Below are positions 57,111 through 64,000 of a DNA stretch of 64,000 bases, piece by piece; within the stretch, counting starts at the first letter, position 1; each line of letters starts with the position of its first letter. The DNA comes from an uncultured Acidobacteriota bacterium. GTDB taxonomy: Bacteria; Acidobacteriota; Thermoanaerobaculia; UBA5066; Gp7-AA6. Where the stretch lies: the NCBI GenBank assembly GCA_963708395.1, contig CAVPSG010000002.1, positions 1,167 through 65,166 on the forward strand. Direction: 5' to 3'. The position numbers were made by a program, and so were the translations under genes. The notes under the pieces are model-generated. The model saw only the letters and a program-made list of their open reading frames with translations. It was not told the DNA's origin and did no database searches.

Positions 57111-57703
57111 AGGCCACGTGGAGATCCGTGGTCCGATACGTCGTGCGATCGAGCGTCGCGCTGGCTCCCATGGCAGGCGTTGCGATCGCCGGCGATCCGC
57201 AGCACGACCCGTCGCGCACACAACCAATGGAGCTTGTGCGCTACCGGATCGAGCCGGGCGCAATTCATCGGGACGCGAGTGGCCTCATCTCCGGCACGAT
57301 CACGTTGACGGAAGATCCTGGCGGCGATTTCGGAAAGAAGGGCGGCGGCTGTCTGCTCTACGAGCCGGTCGCCGGCCCCGAGGCGAAAGGGTGCGCGAAC
57401 ACTTCCGATTGCGGCGGCCCAAACGGCTACTGCGCCATCTCTTTCTTCACGGGCAATCTGCCGACTCCGATTCGGAAGTGCTGGTACAAGCAGAGCGAAT
57501 GCGGTTGCTTCAAGTCTCCGGATGTCGATCTTCCGGTCGGAGCTCCCATTTCCCTGCCGCACATCGACCCGAAGGCCGTTCCGGGCAAGGTCCGATGGCG
57601 GATCATCACGTGCCAGAACATCACGACGCTCGGGTGCGCCGGAGGCGCGGAGGGAAAAAATAAGCGGACCCGATTCGGTCCGATCTGGACGCCGCCGAGC
57701 TAG
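57107..57703 (+). CDS. Exported Cys-rich hypothetical protein
   Basis: GTG start overlapping the previous stop, signal-like N-terminus, 9 Cys. Confidence 0.7.
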   Translation: MKATWRSVVRYVVRSSVALAPMAGVAIAGDPQHDPSRTQPMELVRYRIEPGAIHRDASGLISGTITLTEDPGGDFGKKGGGCLLYEPVAGPEAKGCANTSDCGGPNGYCAISFFTGNLPTPIRKCWYKQSECGCFKSPDVDLPVGAPISLPHIDPKAVPGKVRWRIITCQNITTLGCAGGAEGKNKRTRFGPIWTPPS

Positions 57704-58131
57704 CGTCGCGGCGTCTTCGCGGCAGCCGGCTTCACCAGCTCCACTTCGTCGATCTCGATAGCGGGCTTGCCGCCGCGCTTCTCGGTGAGACGGTTCAGTC
57801 CGTCCCAGATCTTCTTGACCGCGGGGTGATGCTCCGGGACGCTGTCGGGAGCGTCCCCGTCATTCCACGTCAGGATCTCGATCACGACCGGCTTGCCGCC
57901 GTCCTCCTTGCCGGAGAGGATGAGATGCGGCTCGGCGTGAACCAGTCCGTCCTTGCGGCACGCCGGGAAGTGCTGCTTCAGGACGGCCAGGAACTCGTCG
58001 AGCTTGCCCTCCGGGACGTGGTACGTGACGTGGACGGTCTCCGGGGGACCGGCGGCGAGCGCGACTCCACCGCCGAGCGTCGCAAGCCACAAACCGGCCG
58101 GCGCCGCGAGCCACGCGATTCTTCGCCTCAC
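57700..58131 (-). CDS. Exported hypothetical protein (possibly ABM-like alpha/beta barrel)
   Basis: GTG start with GGAGG SD overlapping the upstream stop. Sequence includes VHVTYHVPEGKLDEF and VIEILTW. Confidence 0.65.
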   Translation of the reverse strand: MRRRIAWLAAPAGLWLATLGGGVALAAGPPETVHVTYHVPEGKLDEFLAVLKQHFPACRKDGLVHAEPHLILSGKEDGGKPVVIEILTWNDGDAPDSVPEHHPAVKKIWDGLNRLTEKRGGKPAIEIDEVELVKPAAAKTPRR

Positions 58132-58814
58132 GAGACCTCCTCTCTCCGCGGCAGCGCGGCACCTTTCACGATCAACCAGAACGCGAGCGACACTTCGAAG
58201 ACGAGCATCGGAAGCCACATGAAGTCGGTGATCGGGCTGCCGGCGAGCCCGACGAGCTCCAGGGGCAGGATCCCCAGGACGAGAACCGACGCGACGACGC
58301 CCAGCCACGCGAGCGCCGCGGGAACGATCCGGCCGCGGAGCATGAGCCAGGCGAAGAGAGTGCTGCCGACCGCGAAAAACGTCGCACCGAGGTTCGTCCC
58401 CCAGCTCGGGAGCCCGAACAGGGAGGCGGCGGCCCCGGCCGCCACGGCGGGATCCGGCGACTCCGCGCCCGAGGCCGTCGCGAGCCACAGCCTCCCCGCC
58501 ATGCGTGGAAGAGACAGGGCGCCGATGACTCCCTCCGCGATCCGGCAAGCCATCGCCAGCAGCGCGACGTCTTGATCCCGATCGCGCGTGATCGCGTACA
58601 GCGTCACGGCGAGAACGAGGGCGCAGAAGCACCCGACGAGCTGGAGCAGAATGGCCAGCCGCATCACCCCGGCGTGCTGCGCGATGCTCGCGAGCTTCGC
58701 CGCCGGGCCCTCCCCACCCGAGGCCTTGCCCTCGAGGATCATTCCGCCGAAGGCCGCGGCGATGTAAACGAGAAACGCGAATCCGGCGACGCGTGCGTTC
58801 GATCGGCGCGTCAT
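58128..58814 (-). CDS. DUF4386 family membrane protein
   Basis: NARVAGFAFLVYIA, LAVTLYAI and MLVFEVSLAFWLIVKG. Confidence 0.85.
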   Translation of the reverse strand: MTRRSNARVAGFAFLVYIAAAFGGMILEGKASGGEGPAAKLASIAQHAGVMRLAILLQLVGCFCALVLAVTLYAITRDRDQDVALLAMACRIAEGVIGALSLPRMAGRLWLATASGAESPDPAVAAGAAASLFGLPSWGTNLGATFFAVGSTLFAWLMLRGRIVPAALAWLGVVASVLVLGILPLELVGLAGSPITDFMWLPMLVFEVSLAFWLIVKGAALPRREEVS

Positions 58815-58839
58815 GACGCGGCGCCGGGAAGTCGAGGCG

Positions 58840-59430
58840 TCACTCAGATTTCTTCCGGCTGGCCGGAGGCACGATGCCGTTCATCCGAAGGTATTCGACC
58901 ATCTGACCGTAATGATCGAAAGCGTGCGCGACCGCAAAGGTCGCGAAGTGCAGTCGGGTGGACTTACTGGTTCCCGCCGGCTGCAGCATGTTCTCGGCCG
59001 TCAATCCCGCCGCGGCGCGGTGGCCGAGCGCGAACGACTCCTTCAAGAGCTTGATGATGTCGGCCTTGCTCTTGATCTCCTCGGGGCCGTTGCCGCCCCG
59101 GAGGTTGTCGGGGATCTTGTCGCCCGTGACGCTTCCCCAAAGAAAGTAGTTGGAGGCGGCGACGTGCTTGAGCTCGAGCGCGAACGTTCGCACGCCCTTG
59201 TAGTCGGCGCCCGGAATGTTGAGGCTCTCGGGAGAAAAGTCGTACCGGCCCTCCGGCATCGCCTCCGCGACGTCCAGGATCTGCTTCTCGATGCCGCTGA
59301 CCTGGTGATCCACGACGGACGCGACGGTCGGCGGCGCTTCTGGCGTGGCGCAGGTCGCTGCGCTCTGCTCCCAGGCTACGGCGACGATCGCGAACGCCAC
59401 CGCCAGAAGGAAGATTCGTGTCCATTTCAT
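58840..59430 (-). CDS. Exported DinB family protein
   Basis: AEAMPEGRYDFSP, RTFALELKHVA and HAFDHYGQMVEYLRMNGIVPP. Confidence 0.92.
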   Translation of the reverse strand: MKWTRIFLLAVAFAIVAVAWEQSAATCATPEAPPTVASVVDHQVSGIEKQILDVAEAMPEGRYDFSPESLNIPGADYKGVRTFALELKHVAASNYFLWGSVTGDKIPDNLRGGNGPEEIKSKADIIKLLKESFALGHRAAAGLTAENMLQPAGTSKSTRLHFATFAVAHAFDHYGQMVEYLRMNGIVPPASRKKSE

Positions 59431-59446
59431 CGAATGACCTCCGGAC

Positions 59447-59471
59447 GTCGGGGCGGCCCTCGCGGCCGCCC
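59447..59471 (+). repeat. GTAG-family REP variant (GTCG tag)
   Basis: gtcggggcggccctcgcggccgccc has the same core as 45247-45271. Confidence 0.75.
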
Positions 59472-59473
59472 GC

Positions 59474-60961
59474 CTAGTACTCCCCGTAGTGTCCCTTCAC
59501 CGAATCGCGCAGCTTCGCCGGGTCGTATCCGACGCCGTCTTTGAAGACGATCTGGACGTTCTCGACGTCGGTGATGCGGGCCGCCGGGTCGCCCTTCAGC
59601 ACGACGAGATCCGCGTTCTTGCCGACCGCGATCGAGCCGATACGACTCGACTGACCGAGGTAGGTGGCGCCGTTCAGAGTCGCGATCCGGATGGCCTCGA
59701 CCGGCGCGAAGCCGGCCTCGACGAGGAGCTCGATCTCGCGCTGATCGCCGAAGCCCGGGATGTTTCCGTTGAGACCCACGGGGTCCGAGCCGGCGAGCAG
59801 GAGTCCCCCGGCCGCCTCGAAAGCGCGCTCCAGGTCCATGTTTCGTCTCAGGAGGCGGGCGCTCGTTTCCTGTTTCGTCCGGTCGAACGCGCGGCTGCGG
59901 CCGTACAGATAGCCCTGGAGCAGCGGGGGCGACATGGCTTCCAAGACCCACGGCGGCACCGCCGGCCGGCCGGCCGCCGGCGGCAGGGACGCCGCGGTGC
60001 CCGGCATCGTCGACGTGATGGCCGTGTGGTGTCCGATGAGCGAAGCGAAGAGATGGTTCGCCTCGGGACTTCCCGGGCTCATGTGCTCGAGAGTTTCGTC
60101 GCCCTCGCTGTCGGTGCACGTGTCGGGCTTCTTGCCGGTGTCGCCTGCGGTGTTCGTGAAGAAGCCGTGCTCGAGGTCGTCGATCCCGATCTCCGCGGCC
60201 TCCTCATAGGTGACCGAGCAGAGATGCCCCGTGACCTTCAGGCCGCGCTTGTGAGCTTCCTCGACGGCCGCTCTCAACTCCTCGCGCGTGATGTTCTTGT
60301 AGGCCTTGAACGACGTGACGCCGCGATCGGCCCAGTAGGCGACCGTCTGCCGGGCGTCGTCGGGGCCGGTCAGCTCGTGCATCTGGAGAAACACGCCGTC
60401 CGTCTTTCCCTGGAGGTACGGGCCGGTCACGTCCAGGTGAGGACCCGGCAGCGCGCCTTTCTCGATGACCTCCTTGATCCTCAGGTCCGTGAAGGCATCC
60501 ACGCTGCCGGCCGTGCGCATGGTCGTCACGCCCGCGGACAGATACAGGCGCGGATTGGAGAAGCTCATCTGCTGAAAGAGGGCCGGGCGCTCGAAGTTCC
60601 CGTCGGGACCGAGGTCCGGCAGCGCGAGATAGAAGAGGTGCCCGTGCATGCCGACGATGCCCGGCATGACTGCGTCGCCTTTCAGGTCGAGGACGGCCGT
60701 CCCCTCGCTCGGCGCGACGTCGGCGCCCGGGGCGATCGCGGCGATCGTTCCGTTCTCGAGGACGAGGTTCCGGTCCGGGATCGGTGCGCCTCCGGTTCCG
60801 TCGATGATCTCCACGTGCTCGAGGATCACCCTCGGCGCGGCGACGCTCACGTACTTGCGAGCCGGCGGGCCGAGCGCTTCGAGACGCTGCGCGTCCAGAG
60901 TCCGGCGGGAGGCCAGAACGGCCAGGAGAGCGAGCAGCACCCGGAGGCGCGGCGACGCCAT
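59474..60961 (-). CDS. Exported amidohydrolase family protein
   Basis: MPGIVGMHGHLF, GVTTMRTAGS, FKAY, VTGHLCS, LEHG and GSIAVGKNADLVVLKGDP. Confidence 0.92.
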   Translation of the reverse strand: MASPRLRVLLALLAVLASRRTLDAQRLEALGPPARKYVSVAAPRVILEHVEIIDGTGGAPIPDRNLVLENGTIAAIAPGADVAPSEGTAVLDLKGDAVMPGIVGMHGHLFYLALPDLGPDGNFERPALFQQMSFSNPRLYLSAGVTTMRTAGSVDAFTDLRIKEVIEKGALPGPHLDVTGPYLQGKTDGVFLQMHELTGPDDARQTVAYWADRGVTSFKAYKNITREELRAAVEEAHKRGLKVTGHLCSVTYEEAAEIGIDDLEHGFFTNTAGDTGKKPDTCTDSEGDETLEHMSPGSPEANHLFASLIGHHTAITSTMPGTAASLPPAAGRPAVPPWVLEAMSPPLLQGYLYGRSRAFDRTKQETSARLLRRNMDLERAFEAAGGLLLAGSDPVGLNGNIPGFGDQREIELLVEAGFAPVEAIRIATLNGATYLGQSSRIGSIAVGKNADLVVLKGDPAARITDVENVQIVFKDGVGYDPAKLRDSVKGHYGEY

Positions 60962-61065
60962 GCGATCTGTTACGGGCGACGCGGCTTCGAGTTTCAGGCG
61001 CCGACGCGGCGGCCGCGCTTTCGACGGAACCCGCTCCCGGCCTCCCCGTATCAGTGGGGCAGAAC

Positions 61066-61773
61066 ATGGACTCGACCAGAAAGACCGCCCGCCTTGCCGG
61101 CCTCCTCTACCTTCTGAGCAGCATCCCCGGCGCCTTCGCCCTCGTCTACGTCCCCGGCAAGCTCGTCGTCAAAGGCGACGCGGCGGGCACGGCCGAACGG
61201 CTCCGGACGTCCGGCGCACTCTTCCGGCTGGGCCTCGGCGCCGAGCTTCTCGGCATGGCCCTGTTCATCTACGTCGCCCTCGTCCTGTATCGCCTGTTCC
61301 AGCCGGTGAGCCCGGGACCCGCCCTGTCGATGTTGGTGCTGATTCTGGTCTCGATCCCGATCGCGTTCGTCAACGTCCTGACCGAGATCGCCGCGTTGAA
61401 CCTGGCCGGCGGCGCCGGCGGGACCGACTTCCTGTCGGGCCTCGATCCGCATCAACGCGACGCCCTCGCCTACCTGTGCCTCCGCCTGCACGGCCAGGGA
61501 TTCCTCGTCGCGCAGATCTTCTGGGGGCTGTGGCTGTTCCCGTTTGCCACCTGCGTGATCCGATCGGGATTCATCCCCCGGTTCCTGGGCGTCCTGCTGA
61601 TTGCCGCCGCCTTCGGCTACCTCGGGAGCTCGATCGCCAACCTGGTCTTCCCGCAGTCCGCCGACGCGATTGGGCCGGTGACGCGGATCCTCACACTCCT
61701 CGAGACGCCGATCATCTTCTGGCTCCTGATCTGGGGGGCGAGACCACAGCCGGCGCCGGGGAAGGAGAGATAG
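61066..61773 (+). CDS. DUF4386 family membrane protein
   Basis: TARLAGLLYLL, ALVLYRLF, AQIFWGLWLFP and FWLLIWG. Confidence 0.87.
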   Translation: MDSTRKTARLAGLLYLLSSIPGAFALVYVPGKLVVKGDAAGTAERLRTSGALFRLGLGAELLGMALFIYVALVLYRLFQPVSPGPALSMLVLILVSIPIAFVNVLTEIAALNLAGGAGGTDFLSGLDPHQRDALAYLCLRLHGQGFLVAQIFWGLWLFPFATCVIRSGFIPRFLGVLLIAAAFGYLGSSIANLVFPQSADAIGPVTRILTLLETPIIFWLLIWGARPQPAPGKER

Positions 61774-61789
61774 ACTCCGCCGAAACTTC

Positions 61790-62653
61790 ATGCCGTCGGA
61801 AGTTTCGGTCGGTCGCCGTGTCGGGACGTATCTCGTCCTGACGTTCGGCTTCTCCTCCGTCTTCTACTTCCTCATCATCCGCGCGGGGACGCTCGAGGGC
61901 GGCGGCGGCCTCTGGGTCGTCGGGCTGATGTGGTCCCCGGCGGCCGCGGCTCTTCTCGCGTCGCTCCTGACGGCGCGCCGGCTCTCGGAAATCGGCTGGC
62001 GCTGGAGCTGGCGTTATGCCGCTGCCGCCTACGCGATCCCGGTCCTCTATGGCCTCATCGCCTACGGCGCGACCTGGGCCCTCCGTCTCGGCGCGTTCCC
62101 GAACCAGAGCTTCGTGAACAAGCTGATCCGGCCGGGGGAGACGAGCGGCGCGGCGATCGGCCGCTACGTGCTGGTCCGAGCGACGCTCGGCGTCGTGCTC
62201 TCGCTCACCACCGCGCTCGGCGAGGAAATCGGCTGGCGCGGGTTCCTCGTGCCCGAGCTTGCGCGCAAGCTGCCGTTCTCGCGCGTCGCGCTCGCGTCCG
62301 GCGCGATCTGGGCGTTCTGGCACTTCCCGGTCTTGCTGTTCGCCAACTACCACGGGCAGACGCCGGCCTGGTACAGCCTGACCTGCTTCACGCTGCTCGT
62401 GCTGGGAATCGCCTTCATCTTCGCGTGGATCCGGCTCGTTTCCGGGAGCGTCTGGCCGGCGGCCATCCTGCACGCGAGCCACAATCTCTGGATCCAGTCC
62501 GTTTTCGATCCCCTACGGACCGGCCGCACGGCCTGGGTCATCGGCGAGTTCGGCGCCGCGCTCGCGATTGTGGGCATTGCCACCGGCGTGATCGTGGCGA
62601 CCCGAACGAGAAATTGCGCGGGGCCGAGCCCTGCTCCGGTGAAGTCATTTTGA
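61790..62653 (+). CDS. CPBP (CAAX/Abi) intramembrane metalloprotease
   Basis: GEEIGWRGFL, WAFWHFP and WPAAILHASHN. Confidence 0.92.
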   Translation: MPSEVSVGRRVGTYLVLTFGFSSVFYFLIIRAGTLEGGGGLWVVGLMWSPAAAALLASLLTARRLSEIGWRWSWRYAAAAYAIPVLYGLIAYGATWALRLGAFPNQSFVNKLIRPGETSGAAIGRYVLVRATLGVVLSLTTALGEEIGWRGFLVPELARKLPFSRVALASGAIWAFWHFPVLLFANYHGQTPAWYSLTCFTLLVLGIAFIFAWIRLVSGSVWPAAILHASHNLWIQSVFDPLRTGRTAWVIGEFGAALAIVGIATGVIVATRTRNCAGPSPAPVKSF

Positions 62654-62689
62654 TGACCCGCGGCCGATAGAGCTCTCGCCCGCCCATCC

Positions 62690-63487
62690 ATGCGCCGCCC
62701 GCGGACGCAAACGCTGCTCCTGATCGCGTGGCTCGCCGCCGCAGCGCACGCGAGCGCGCAGATTCCATTCCTCACCGACGACGCCGGAGTCACGGAGAAG
62801 GGCCGCTGGAACTTCGAGTACTTCAACCAGTATGCCGTGCTGCCCAAGAGCGCCGCGCCTGACCACTGGCAGGAGACCAACAACTTCGTCGTCCAGTTCG
62901 GGCTTCTCCGAAATCTCGAGCTCAACGTCGACTTCCCCATCCTCCTCATCAACCGCTATTCCGGCGCCTCCCTCGCCGACGCGTTCGGCTTCGGTGACAT
63001 CGATTTCGCCGCAAAGTACGGGTTCTGCGACGAGGATCGCGACGGGTGGCGCCCGGCGCTCGCGGCCAGCGCGGCTGTCGAGGTGCCGAGCGGCAATTCG
63101 AAGACGCAGCTCGGCTCGGGTTTCACCGACTTCGTCGTGAACACGATCGCGCAGAAGTCGCTTTCCGATCGGGCCGTCCTTCATCTCAATCTCGGCTACC
63201 AGGCGAACGGCAACACGCTGACCGGCGCCATCGGCATCCGAACGCCCGGAAAGATCGTGTCCGAGGGCGTGTCGGTCACCGTGGACGTCACCCCGAGGCT
63301 CGCGCTCGGCGTCGACCTCAACGGCGCGCAGATTTGGACGGCACACGACCACGACCGCCAACTCCAGCTCACTCTGGGCGGCACCTACGCGCTCGGACCG
63401 AAAACGAGCCTCGCTTTCGCCGCGCTCGCGGGCTGGCACGACAGTCCGAAAGGCGGAGTTCTCGCGGGCCTCACGTACTCGCCGTAG
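62690..63487 (+). CDS. Putative outer-membrane beta-barrel (MetA-pathway/phenol-degradation-like)
   Basis: Signal peptide, PFLTDDAG, GFGDIDFAAKY and a terminal aromatic LTYSP. Confidence 0.7.
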   Translation: MRRPRTQTLLLIAWLAAAAHASAQIPFLTDDAGVTEKGRWNFEYFNQYAVLPKSAAPDHWQETNNFVVQFGLLRNLELNVDFPILLINRYSGASLADAFGFGDIDFAAKYGFCDEDRDGWRPALAASAAVEVPSGNSKTQLGSGFTDFVVNTIAQKSLSDRAVLHLNLGYQANGNTLTGAIGIRTPGKIVSEGVSVTVDVTPRLALGVDLNGAQIWTAHDHDRQLQLTLGGTYALGPKTSLAFAALAGWHDSPKGGVLAGLTYSP

Positions 63488-63541
63488 CGCCGTAGCGCCG
63501 CCCGACTCGCCATAGAATCCTGGCCTTCTGGAGGTGGACGA

Positions 63542-64000
63542 ATGAGGAGGATCCTCGTGCTCCTGACGGCGCTGGCGGCTCTCGGAGCTGCGGCGGGAGG
63601 CGACGAACAGTACCAGTGGCTGGAAGAGGTGCAAGGCGAGAAGGCGCTGGCGTGGGCCAAGGAACACAACGCGAAGTCGACGAAGGTGCTCGAGGCGCGC
63701 CCGGAGTACAAGGCCATCTACAAACGCACGCTCGAGATCCTCGACTCGAAAGAGAAGATCCCGATGCCCCGGCTCCTCGGCGACACCATCTACAACTTCT
63801 GGAGGGACGACGCGCACGAGCGCGGCATCTGGCGGCGCACGACGCTCGCCTCCTACCGCACGCCGGCGCCACAATGGGAGACGGTTCTCGACATCGACGC
63901 GCTCGCGAAAGCCGAGGGCAAGGCGTGGGTCTTCCACGGCGCCGAGTGCCTGCCGCCCGCCGATACGCGCTGCATGGTCAGCCTCTCGCAGGGCGGTTCC
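63542..64000 (+). CDS. Prolyl oligopeptidase (S9A), partial at 3' end
   Basis: Translated by hand: MRRILVLL…DEQYQWLEEVQGEKALAWAKEHN…YNFWRDDAHERGIWRRTT…WETVLDIDALAKAEGKAWVFHG. Confidence 0.9.
   Translation, partial: MRRILVLLTALAALGAAAGGDEQYQWLEEVQGEKALAWAKEHNAKSTKVLEARPEYKAIYKRTLEILDSKEKIPMPRLLGDTIYNFWRDDAHERGIWRRTTLASYRTPAPQWETVLDIDALAKAEGKAWVFHGAECLPPADTRCMVSLSQGGS

Noticed and set aside
3244-63937. Numerous long Arg/Ala/Pro-rich ORFs in the track (e.g. 3244-5268, 6139-8151, 43768-45453, 59489-61117)
   Set aside because: They are antisense or off-frame shadows of real genes in high-GC DNA and have no family motifs.

Overview
High-GC bacterial sequence that looks like two different genomes joined near 37,066. 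Segment A (1-37,065) has a Gemmatimonadota-like gene set (inferred). It carries the 5' part of a group II intron with its RT, rsgA, an acyltransferase-SGNH gene, an erythromycin-esterase homolog, a TonB receptor / ECF sigma / Ser-Thr kinase module, an RCC1 protein, a BTAD-TPR regulator, S41 and S9 peptidases, ADOP permeases and PadR. It also has nine copies of a GTCATCC-tagged palindromic REP. Segment B (37,066-64,000) looks Acidobacteriota/Thermoanaerobaculia-like (inferred). It carries hydrolases, a kinase-BRCT fusion and an ECF / anti-sigma / PDZ-TPR-CHAT / SLH locus, and it has different REP families. Many conserved genes are frameshifted, most plausibly from long-read consensus errors. 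The main candidate for an undescribed system is a small GIY-YIG nuclease gene bracketed by inverted copies of the same REP that is dispersed elsewhere as short inverted dimers, which resembles an autonomous / non-autonomous element pair. Other highlights are two pairs of near-identical bipartite motifs that are candidate promoters for the two ECF sigmas, a group II intron inserted into a palindromic repeat, and a 60-aa double-glycine-leader peptide. I saw no rRNA, tRNA or CRISPR array. Family names come from motif recognition, not database searches.
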